Part shown: in pieces, positions 38,326-46,384 of the stretch
How the letters are laid out: each line of letters starts with the position of its first letter
How positions within the stretch are numbered: the first letter of the stretch is position 1
IMG/VR virus record: IMGVR_UViG_3300023435_000001
Strand: one strand, 5' to 3'
Length of the DNA: 64,000 nucleotides
DNA from: an uncultured virus (IMG/VR IMGVR_UViG_3300023435_000001)
Taxonomy: Duplodnaviria > Heunggongvirae > Uroviricota > Caudoviricetes
Position numbers and translations under genes: made by a program
Notes under the pieces: generated by a model
Databases searched by the model: none
Told to the model about the DNA's origin: nothing
Seen by the model: only the letters and a program-made list of their open reading frames with translations

Positions 38326-38424
38326 TGGCTTATCTCATCAGTTAACTGGTAGCCGTCCAGTTAAGACGCTCATCACTTAGTTATTGATTGTCAAATGGAG
38401 AGGATTGGTGATGAGCGTTTCGAT
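38326..38424 (-). ncRNA. Type II hammerhead ribozyme HH2
   Basis: AUCGAAAC-GCUCAUCAC...GUGAUGAGC-GUC^UUAACUGG-ACGGCUA-CCAGUUAA-CUGAUGA-GAU-AAGCC; pseudoknot GGCU/AGCC; predicted cleavage 38365/38364. Confidence 0.92.
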
Positions 38425-38605
38425 TTCGATTTATTTGTGGTTTCTTCCCATTTTATGATGCTTTCCAGCTTCATGATTCATACCACGGATCTTGTAACCG
38501 CAGCTGCAACGTTTCGTTGATTTACAGTAATTCTCAGTGAATTTCGGTTTGCTCTTTGCTGATCCCATGTTATTCTCCTTAAGAATAAAAGTTAACCTCT
38601 AAATA

Positions 38606-38632
38606 AAACCCCGAGGCCGAAGCCTCGAGGTT
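38606..38632 (-). terminator. Intrinsic terminator with UUCG tetraloop
   Basis: AACCUCGAGGC-UUCG-GCCUCGGGGUU followed by UUAUUU. Confidence 0.75.
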
Positions 38633-38648
38633 CGGAGGGGTGATGCGC

Positions 38649-39086
38649 TTACTCAGCTTCAAGTTCATCGATTTGAGCTTGAAGTGATGCTAGTTGTTCT
38701 CTTTTCTTTTTAACGATTCTTCGCCGACGAGTTGTCTTCAAAGCTTCACGCTCTATTTTAACCGCTTCACGCGCTACTTTTGTTTCATCGTAACAGATTG
38801 CTTTACTTATCCGTTTAGCAAGTGACTCAAGTCGACTCATACTAACGTTAATCGGCTGACCTAACTTTTCTAATGAACCGGTTAATTCATCATGATTAAT
38901 CGACTGAAGCCAGGATATAGCGTTGAGAACACTTTTAACTGTAACATCTTCAGCATTGATTTCAGCACCAATTGCTACCATTTCAGCACCTCGCAAATCA
39001 GCGCCTCGCAAATTAGCATCCCGAAAATCAACGGTGACTTTTTTCGTAGTCTTTTTTGATGCAACTTTTTTCGATTTCTTTGCCAT
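38649..39086 (-). CDS. Basic hypothetical protein with a short pentapeptide-repeat remnant
   Basis: MAKKSKK..., DFRDANLRGADLRGAEM; AAGGAG RBS. Confidence 0.6.
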   Translation of the reverse strand: MAKKSKKVASKKTTKKVTVDFRDANLRGADLRGAEMVAIGAEINAEDVTVKSVLNAISWLQSINHDELTGSLEKLGQPINVSMSRLESLAKRISKAICYDETKVAREAVKIEREALKTTRRRRIVKKKREQLASLQAQIDELEAE

Positions 39087-39113
39087 AGTACTATCTCCTT
39101 AGAAAGATGTTAG

Positions 39114-39221
39114 TGGCTTATCTCATCAGTTAATAGGTAGCCATCCTATTAAGACGCCCAGCAGCATGAAATGTGAGGCGGATCAGCACGTCATGTGAAG
39201 GAGAGTGCTGGGCGTTTCGAT
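39114..39221 (-). ncRNA. Type II hammerhead ribozyme HH3
   Basis: AUCGAAAC-GCCCAGCA...UGCUGGGC-GUC^UUAAUAGG-AUGGCUA-CCUAUUAA-CUGAUGA-GAU-AAGCCA; pseudoknot UGGCU/AGCCA; predicted cleavage 39153/39152. Confidence 0.92.
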
Positions 39222-39372
39222 TAAAGTGTAAAGCTTAATAAAACTCGTTTCAACCAACTGCAGCGATTCATTTGAATTTTAATTGAAGCTCTACGATACA
39301 TTTCGTTGATACCTTGCTTTCGTCTCATGTTTTCTCCTTTTACTACGTTCTATAAAATACTTTAAACTACGC

Positions 39373-39585
39373 TCAATCAACAATATACTTGAACAAACCA
39401 TCATCATCCCACCACTCAAGGATTAATGCTTCAAGCTTCACTCGTTCAGCGTAATAAGAACAAACTAGAAAACCACCACCAGGACCGTGCGGATCAACCA
39501 CAGTCATTTTAATATGATTGCTTTTTAAGAACCTAACAAAGTCTTCATCACTCGGACCAACTGTATCTAATTCTACTATAGACAT
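39373..39585 (-). CDS. Small hypothetical protein
   Basis: HGPGGG motif; AGGAG RBS. Confidence 0.55.
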   Translation of the reverse strand: MSIVELDTVGPSDEDFVRFLKSNHIKMTVVDPHGPGGGFLVCSYYAERVKLEALILEWWDDDGLFKYIVD

Positions 39586-39846
39586 TTCAATCTCCTATGA
39601 AAAAGTTAACAAAGTAAAATGACCCGCCGTCGCGTTGACCGTCGGGTTTTGAGAAGGAGGAGGCCATTTACGATGCAAAACTAAGCATCAAACGTTTAAA
39701 CAAATTACAATGATTCATACGAATTTTGATATTCGCCCGACGTTCCATTTCTACAAGTCCTGATTTAAGTCCTGATTTAAGTCCTGATTTAAGTCCTGAT
39801 TTAAGTCCGCGTCTCATTTTCGATTCCTGTTCTATAAGTGCTTTAA
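39585..39846. repeat. Direct duplication with 40093-40312; this copy carries a 4 x 12-bp expansion (AAGTCCTGATTT, 39755-39802)
   Basis: Near-identical RBS, hairpin and short ORF in both copies. Confidence 0.9.
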
Positions 39847-39854
39847 TGTTCACT

Positions 39855-40091
39855 CTAATTATTCCACCAGCACGATTCTTGCCAGTGCTTTTCCATAGTT
39901 GACAAAATCCGTTTCAATGCTTTGGCTTTTCCCATTCCTTTATTGCATCGTACACCGTTCGGGAAATACCCGATTGGATAAATAACCTGGTAAGCATCGC
40001 TCGTTGATTCAAACCAAGCACACATGCAGTGATCATTTACTTCTTTCAGCAATCTTTCAAGTGTTTCGATGTTCTCTGCAATCGTTTTCAT
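39855..40091 (-). CDS. Small hypothetical protein
   Basis: AGGAG RBS; 78 aa. Confidence 0.55.
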   Translation of the reverse strand: MKTIAENIETLERLLKEVNDHCMCAWFESTSDAYQVIYPIGYFPNGVRCNKGMGKAKALKRILSTMEKHWQESCWWNN

Positions 40092-40319
40092 TTTTCAATC
40101 TCCTATGAAAAAGTTAACAAAGTAAAATGACCCTCCGTCGCGTTGACCGGCGGGTTTTGAGAAGGAGGAGGCCATTTACGATGCAAAACTAAGCATTAAA
40201 CGTTTAAACAAATTACAGTGGTTCACGCGAATTTTGATATTCGCCCGACGTTCCATTTCTACAAGTCCGCGTCTCATTTTCGATTCCTTAATTCGTTCTA
40301 TAAGTACTTTAACTATCAG

Positions 40320-40577
40320 CTATCTTAGCTGATTCCAAAGAGTGATATATCTACCTTTTCCGTATGATCGTTTCCTGTCGTACCCTTCGGTACGTGATAC
40401 AAATTTTCCCATTCCAATTCTTTGGACGACAATTCGTGTCGCTGGCGCTGCATATCTGTATGCGTTTGCAACAAATCCTTGAGGGTAAACTATAGCTGTG
40501 TTTTTTCTTCCGTTGCTCAGCAGCGCCTCTGTTGCGTCGTTGATGCTTTCGTTGATTTGTTCTTGAGTCAGTTTCAT
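40320..40577 (-). CDS. Small hypothetical protein (first early gene)
   Basis: AGGAG RBS directly after HH4; GFVANAYRY motif. Confidence 0.6.
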   Translation of the reverse strand: MKLTQEQINESINDATEALLSNGRKNTAIVYPQGFVANAYRYAAPATRIVVQRIGMGKFVSRTEGYDRKRSYGKGRYITLWNQLR

Positions 40578-40599
40578 TTTTCAATCTCCTATGAAAAGT

Positions 40600-40670
40600 T
40601 CAACCTGTCTTATTCAAGCGTTGGCGGTTAACCCAATCACGACGCTGAAACAATGTTTCAGCGTTTCGAC
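40600..40670 (-). ncRNA. Type II hammerhead ribozyme HH4 (variant core UUGAAUAAG)
   Basis: GUCGAAAC-GCUGAAAC-AUU-GUUUCAGC-GUC^GUGAUUGG-GUUAACCG-CCAACGC-UUGAAUAA-GAC-AGGUUGA; pseudoknot UAACC/GGUUG; predicted cleavage 40641/40640. Confidence 0.7.
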
Positions 40671-40770
40671 TTTATTTTTACTCCGACGTTAATTTTGTGT
40701 TCTGGTCGATCAGAATCAGCACCAGTTTCCAATTTTGTTTCGAGCTTCGTCCTAGCTCCATATTATTAAC

Positions 40771-40783
40771 TTTTCAAAGATGC
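40771..40783 (-). promoter_or_regulatory. boxA-like antitermination element GCATCTTTGAAAA
   Basis: Resembles rrn boxA; follows a small GCC-N6-GGC hairpin about 40 nt after the promoter. Confidence 0.45.
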
Positions 40784-40842
40784 TCCAAAAATTTGCCCGT
40801 CCAGGCGTCCTACATTGTTTATTCAGTTTTCAATCTAATGAA

Positions 40843-40871
40843 ACTATAATCACTTATCGGTTAATGGTCAA
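40843..40871 (-). promoter_or_regulatory. Sigma70-type early promoter TTGACC-N17-TATAGT
   Basis: Near-consensus boxes with exact 17-nt spacing and an AT-rich upstream region. Confidence 0.7.
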
Positions 40872-40917
40872 CATAAATCCAGTAAACTTTTGAAAGTTTT
40901 TGCTTAACGTTAACGTT

Positions 40918-40956
40918 TTTAACCCAAGTGGTTTAATATAAACCACTTGGGTTAAA
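40918..40956. repeat. Perfect palindrome, 18-bp arms (TTTAACCCAAGTGGTTTA-ATA-TAAACCACTTGGGTTAAA)
   Basis: Read directly from the sequence. Confidence 0.9.
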
Positions 40957-41395
40957 CACAAATGTTGAAACTTTTTTAACAAAGGCTGTTACGCTTTAAC
41001 GCATTTGAAACGAAACACTCGCGTTGTAAATGTTTTCAACGAACACCTGCGCACGTTTCAAAACCAATTACAAAACACGCGCACCCAGAAAAAACACGTC
41101 AATTTTTGCAAAATTTTTTCAACCGTCACGTTTTACACGTAAATTCCCACCAAACATCACACAAACCTTATTAAATCTCACGCAAACCTAAAACACGCCA
41201 CAAGCACCTAAATATGAGCCCACACGTTCAACTGTGTGACCATTTCACCCTACAGCCTATATTCAATACGCCCTTGACCCTTAGAGCGTCTTAAATCACC
41301 TCACAGGCCCTTACACAGTGTACGTCTATAAGTACTGCATACACAATGACTTACAATCAATCTTTCATAAGTCGTTTGTATACAATGATTTACAA

Positions 41396-43321
41396 TCACA
41401 TATTCTTCAAGTCCACTGTACCATCGTCTCCTGATGCAATCGCCCAGTTTTTAGACGACACTCCGTAGGACATTCGCATCGGCACTCTAAAGTTCACAGG
41501 TACGTCTTCAAAAGACGCTTTAATCTTTTTAAGCGAGGTGAAATCATTAGATAACCCTTTCGGCTGGTGCATTGCGACTTCATCATGTACACTCGCGAAA
41601 AACTTAATACCGTACTCTCGCATCGTTTTGTTATATCGTGGAGCTAATGCAACCGTACGCTCTTTGATGACATCAGCAGCGCAAGACTGCACGATTGAGT
41701 TGAACGCTCGATAAGAAGCTTTCTCTGGTAAATGCCTACGCCTACCGTAAATGTTAAACACGTACCCACGACTTTTTAGATTGTTACTTGCATCATATGT
41801 TACGCGCTTAATTCCAGGCATCTTACTATGGTATTCGTTATAGACTTTTTCACCCTTTTTATAACTCAGTGTAGAAAAGAGCTGATCTTTTAACGACTCT
41901 TCGATTTTTCCACTCACTACTAATTGATCGATTTTATCAGCGAGTGTACTCATCAATGACATATCTAAAGCTAACATTGATACAACACGAGCTTTACCGC
42001 CGCCGAATGCGATAGCAAAATTCACACTTTTAGCTGGTTTCCTTGAGATATTACACAGCTTGCTTACCCAGCTATGAAAATCTGTATCCGGGTCTTCTTT
42101 ATAAGACTGTATCGCGTCAGGGTCCTTTATATAGTGAACAATGATTCTGAATTCGATCTGTGCGTAGTCCCAACTTGAAATGTCATATCCTTTAATGGGT
42201 AGAATCAATTCTTTCGCTTCATAAGATAATTGTTGCGCATTAGGCCGTCGACATGACATCCTACCAGTCCTGACTATTTGATTATAATCAGAGTGCATTA
42301 AACCATCGACCTGATGTTCAAGGTATGGCTTAACGAAGAAGTTATTAAGAGTATTTAATTTTCGATAAGACTGAATTTTTTTAACGATAAGCATAAGTTC
42401 CTGTGACTCACGCACTGCTGGATATGACATATAAGAAATTAACGCCGCTTTATCGAATGAAGGTTCGTTCTTTTCAGTACGACCTAACACCGGTAATCCG
42501 TATTTACTACAAAGAACATCATAACAGTCAGAGTTAGTATGTGGACGAATTGATTCGCCTGTTAGTTTATGTAGCTCCTCTTCAAGCTTAAGTAATCTGT
42601 TAAGAGTTTGAAATTGGAGTATAGTAAGTTGTGTAGGATCAACTCGCATCCCTTCTACTTCCATGTCGAAAAGAACTGGAGTTAATTTTATCTCTGTTTC
42701 CCACACGTTGTTAACTTGTTCTGGTTTCCGCCTAAGCATATAGTTGTATAGCTTACGATTAGTTAAAACGTCTTGACATCCATACTCACCGATTATATCA
42801 CCAGGAATGTCACCGTAATCCTTACTTTTAAAGCTAGCAAGATAATTTTTTAATTCAAGCTCGTAGTTTGAGATGTCTTCTTCTAACCAATCAAGAGATA
42901 GTGCAGATAATGCGTGCGAATATCTATCTGAATTAACGATCTTTGCTAAAGTATTAGTATCTACCAGACGACAGTTAAAATCAATGTTATCTTGTCTTAA
43001 AAAATGTGCATCAAACTTCACATTGTGATTAACCCAATCATCGCAAGAATTAATAGTTTGATCAAGGTATTTAAGTGCAGGCTCTAATTCTAAGTTCCAT
43101 TTTTCATACGCACATCGAATCGGTATATACCATGCATTTTTAGCATCGTCCGCTGTAACTCCAAACCCAGCGATGCGATGACCATGATACGGCTTAAGCG
43201 CTTTCTCTTTAGGATCAAAAGATCGAGTTTCAGTATCAAGAAAGAGTGACTTTGCATTACTAAGGTTCGGTAGTTCACTTAATTTCTCAACAAGTATTCC
43301 ACCGTTGTCGTACTTTATCAT
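41396..43321 (-). CDS. polA: Family A DNA polymerase with 3'-5' exonuclease
   Basis: LDTET, HNVKFD, TGRMS, DYAQIEFR (motif A), K...FAIAFG (motif B), VHDE (motif C). Confidence 0.96.
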   Translation of the reverse strand: MIKYDNGGILVEKLSELPNLSNAKSLFLDTETRSFDPKEKALKPYHGHRIAGFGVTADDAKNAWYIPIRCAYEKWNLELEPALKYLDQTINSCDDWVNHNVKFDAHFLRQDNIDFNCRLVDTNTLAKIVNSDRYSHALSALSLDWLEEDISNYELELKNYLASFKSKDYGDIPGDIIGEYGCQDVLTNRKLYNYMLRRKPEQVNNVWETEIKLTPVLFDMEVEGMRVDPTQLTILQFQTLNRLLKLEEELHKLTGESIRPHTNSDCYDVLCSKYGLPVLGRTEKNEPSFDKAALISYMSYPAVRESQELMLIVKKIQSYRKLNTLNNFFVKPYLEHQVDGLMHSDYNQIVRTGRMSCRRPNAQQLSYEAKELILPIKGYDISSWDYAQIEFRIIVHYIKDPDAIQSYKEDPDTDFHSWVSKLCNISRKPAKSVNFAIAFGGGKARVVSMLALDMSLMSTLADKIDQLVVSGKIEESLKDQLFSTLSYKKGEKVYNEYHSKMPGIKRVTYDASNNLKSRGYVFNIYGRRRHLPEKASYRAFNSIVQSCAADVIKERTVALAPRYNKTMREYGIKFFASVHDEVAMHQPKGLSNDFTSLKKIKASFEDVPVNFRVPMRMSYGVSSKNWAIASGDDGTVDLKNM

Positions 43322-43653
43322 TTTACATTCCTGTCATCAATATATTCAATTTCAATACATAATTCCTGCGCAATTGCAATTTCAGCGTTTACTCCAATTG
43401 AATTTTCCCATCCTTCTAATTTTAAAACTAACACCTTGTTACACATTGATATAAATTCATAATCATATTCATGCCAAAAAGCCCATCCTAAAGGTAGCGC
43501 ACCTGCTAGTGCTATTGGGTGAGTATGACTTATTGGGCTAAATATTATTAAGCCTTGTGACATCAAGCTAGCTGCTGCCTTATTCACTTTGTTAAATCTT
43601 TCTTCTCTGATTTTTGGATCGTCGTGGCTATATGGAGATGCTAAGTATATCAT
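43318..43653 (-). CDS. DUF1937/nucleoside deoxyribosyltransferase-like protein
   Basis: IYLASPYS, FSPISHTH, GWENSIGVNAEI. Confidence 0.8.
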   Translation of the reverse strand: MIYLASPYSHDDPKIREERFNKVNKAAASLMSQGLIIFSPISHTHPIALAGALPLGWAFWHEYDYEFISMCNKVLVLKLEGWENSIGVNAEIAIAQELCIEIEYIDDRNVK

Positions 43654-43835
43654 TTTACATTCCTGTCATCTGTTACTATATCACGTGGCCTTATGCTTAA
43701 GCATTCGTTTAACCATAACCAATAACAATCGCGGCATCAATTCTCTGCTTGTTCTTGACAACTAGTAACAGTGCCAAAACAATCTGGAATTGTTGGAATG
43801 TCACGGTACATCGGTTTATCTCTCATTTTACATTC

Positions 43836-44327
43836 CTACATAGATGCATTACAAGGCTTACTCATTGAAATCCAATCGTTAATCACTCCGCTACATATAT
43901 TCAAAGCAATAATATTAATAACATGAATGCGCAGAGTCTTACGCAGCAGATCTTCGCCTAGCTTATTACGATACGGATCTTTCCACAGTACTCCAATAAC
44001 TTTATCACAGTTTAAAATTGCGCTTGCGCATCGGACGCACGGCATTGTGTCACAATACAGCAAACTAGGTTTAGCACCCATCGGACTGAACTTAATAAGT
44101 GCATTTATTTCAGCGTGCACACAACCACAGTGATCTTTTATATTCGTGCAGCTTTCATTCGACAATCCAGCAGACGGTCCATTGTAGCCAATTGAATAGA
44201 CTTGTGAACAATCAATTGGAAATATAATTGCACTAACTGAAGTGCGCTTGCACGTCGACAAATCGTTGAGTGAGTGACTCATTGCAGCAAACGTCTTCAA
44301 CTTTTTGATATATCTTGAAGTACTCAT
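43836..44327 (-). CDS. dCMP deaminase
   Basis: GYNG, HAEINA, PCVRC. Confidence 0.92.
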   Translation of the reverse strand: MSTSRYIKKLKTFAAMSHSLNDLSTCKRTSVSAIIFPIDCSQVYSIGYNGPSAGLSNESCTNIKDHCGCVHAEINALIKFSPMGAKPSLLYCDTMPCVRCASAILNCDKVIGVLWKDPYRNKLGEDLLRKTLRIHVINIIALNICSGVINDWISMSKPCNASM

Positions 44328-44335
44328 GTCACCTC

Positions 44336-45199
44336 CTAAAAATTACACCATAAAGATTCGACTGCTACGGGTTTGATATATTGCCCACTAGAAGCTTTAG
44401 CAATTTTATGGTCGTGCCTGTTCCAATCTTTTAATTTAGTATCATACAAATCATTGGAGTATCCAGATAACATAACTGATCCGCTGCACTTTGAAATAAC
44501 CTTTAGCATCTTCTCATGGTCTTCATAAGTCATTTCGTAACAATATACATCTTTCTCAACGCGAGTGCTGTGAACATATGGAGGGTCAAGATAAAACAAT
44601 GTGCGTTTGCAGTCTTCGCGCTTGATGATTTTTAGTGCATCATCGCACAGAACTACAACAGTCTTTAAGCGCTCATGCACATCGTCAAGTCCATCAATAC
44701 TATGCAGCCAGTGGGAAGAGTTAACACTCATTCCCCTTGCTGTGCCAGTGCGTCCCAAAGGGCTAAAACTGCCAAAATTTCCAGCACGTGACTGCCTGCA
44801 CCTTACAAAAAATGCAACTGCTGCTTTAACATCCAATTCACGTGTAGGAACTATATTTGCCTTTTCATATTGATCTTGTGAAATTGGTATCGCTTCAGCT
44901 ATTCGTTGAAACTTCTTAAACGCTCTTACATCCTGCATCACATACCAAAAATTCATCAGATCTTTATTAAGATCATTAACAACTTCGCTGCATCCTTTTT
45001 CAGACGAATCAGAAAACCATTTTTTGCTCCATTCATGTCTAGGGTCAAACGGGTCTTTAGCCATTAGTACCTGTAACCCACCGGCATATGCTTCAACGTA
45101 GTGCAAGTGCGGAGGCATTAAACTGAGAATCCATTTCGCCAAATAGTATTTACCACCGTGCCACTTTAAAGGACCTGTCAATCTTGTTGATTTACTCAC
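44336..45199 (-). CDS. D12-class (Dam-like) N6-adenine DNA methyltransferase
   Basis: WHGGK, EAYAGG, VVNDLN, YLDPPY. Confidence 0.92.
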   Translation of the reverse strand: MSKSTRLTGPLKWHGGKYYLAKWILSLMPPHLHYVEAYAGGLQVLMAKDPFDPRHEWSKKWFSDSSEKGCSEVVNDLNKDLMNFWYVMQDVRAFKKFQRIAEAIPISQDQYEKANIVPTRELDVKAAVAFFVRCRQSRAGNFGSFSPLGRTGTARGMSVNSSHWLHSIDGLDDVHERLKTVVVLCDDALKIIKREDCKRTLFYLDPPYVHSTRVEKDVYCYEMTYEDHEKMLKVISKCSGSVMLSGYSNDLYDTKLKDWNRHDHKIAKASSGQYIKPVAVESLWCNF

Positions 45200-45360
45200 G
45201 CTATGTCACCTCCTTGGCTAATTTTTGTACATCCTTTAGCACATCTGTAAGCTTATTGATAACATATTGATTGTGCAAACAGCTTATACACAAAATCGGG
45301 GTTCCCGATTTAGCCTTGCACGATTGGCACTCTTTAAATTCGAAATTTATATTTGCCATT

Positions 45361-45605
45361 TTAAAACTCCTCTTCGCAGTAAAATTTCGGTGCATCGTTT
45401 GGTAATTCCTCATTGGTACTAACGATCTTTTTGCTGGTATACCAATGATCAAACATAGGCGAACGTCGCGCCCTTACATATTCATACTCTGACATAAATC
45501 CTATAGCGAAATCCAAGCTGGCATATCGAGCTTTGTTACATGTTTCAGCATACACAAGCAGACATCCATCGGAAACGCATCCACTGTCGACAACCCATGC
45601 TTTCA
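45361..45605 (-). CDS. Small hypothetical protein (probable start MKAWVV)
   Basis: AGGA RBS; LVYAETCNKAR motif. Confidence 0.5.
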
Positions 45606-45619
45606 TTTTATCGTCCTTT

Positions 45620-46384
45620 CTACTTTCCAAAATATTTATCGAGCTTATCATCGATACGTTTATCTTTAGGGTTTTTATAATTCGGATCGATACGTAATGC
45701 CGCATCGTCGAAATAAAATGTATCAAGTTCAATCCCTATAAAGTTCCTCTTTAAATTCACACACGCTACGCCGGTAGTCCCTGACCCCATAAACGGATCT
45801 AAAACTGTGTCACCTTCATTTGTTAATATTTCAACTATCTCTGACATCAATTTAATAGGTTTTTGATTTGGATGGTTTCCGTAAATCTTTTCTTTTCCTG
45901 GAGTCAAACCCATCACAAAATCTCCGTGATGAATACTGTTTAAATTAAAAGTATATCTTCCCTTCTTTACGGCATGTATAAAATACTCTCTACCTGGAAC
46001 AAATCTCCTCTTCCATTCAGCAGGTTGTGGGTTTGTTTTCTGCCAGTGATTCAAAGATTTTACTACAGCTCTATGCTTTCTTAGTTCACCTGAAATAGCC
46101 CCCATGTTTTCCCAGTCGTTAAAGATGATAATATGCCCGCCTTTTTTCAGTGTACTTAGTGCCACACTGAGCCATTTAAGCTGATCAAAACCTGTATCGT
46201 ATCCCATTGTATCAGCATCATAAGTACCGTCGCCGCTTTTTTCGGATTGTCTAAATAAATGTATGCTTCCACCCATCTTCTCTACAAGATTGAAAGGGGG
46301 ATCGGCCATCACTAAATCCACACTGCCGGGTTCGATATTTTTCATCTCTTCAAGGCAGTCGCCGTTGATTAATTGGAGTGACAT
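45620..46384 (-). CDS. N4/N6 (beta-class) DNA methyltransferase
   Basis: [26 protein letters not shown]. Confidence 0.93.
   Translation of the reverse strand: MSLQLINGDCLEEMKNIEPGSVDLVMADPPFNLVEKMGGSIHLFRQSEKSGDGTYDADTMGYDTGFDQLKWLSVALSTLKKGGHIIIFNDWENMGAISGELRKHRAVVKSLNHWQKTNPQPAEWKRRFVPGREYFIHAVKKGRYTFNLNSIHHGDFVMGLTPGKEKIYGNHPNQKPIKLMSEIVEILTNEGDTVLDPFMGSGTTGVACVNLKRNFIGIELDTFYFDDAALRIDPNYKNPKDKRIDDKLDKYFGK

Noticed and set aside
40735..40770. Fifth hammerhead (GAGCU...AGCUC-GAAAC on the minus strand)
   Set aside because: No CUGANGA-like core before the hairpin and no convincing stem III/NUH.
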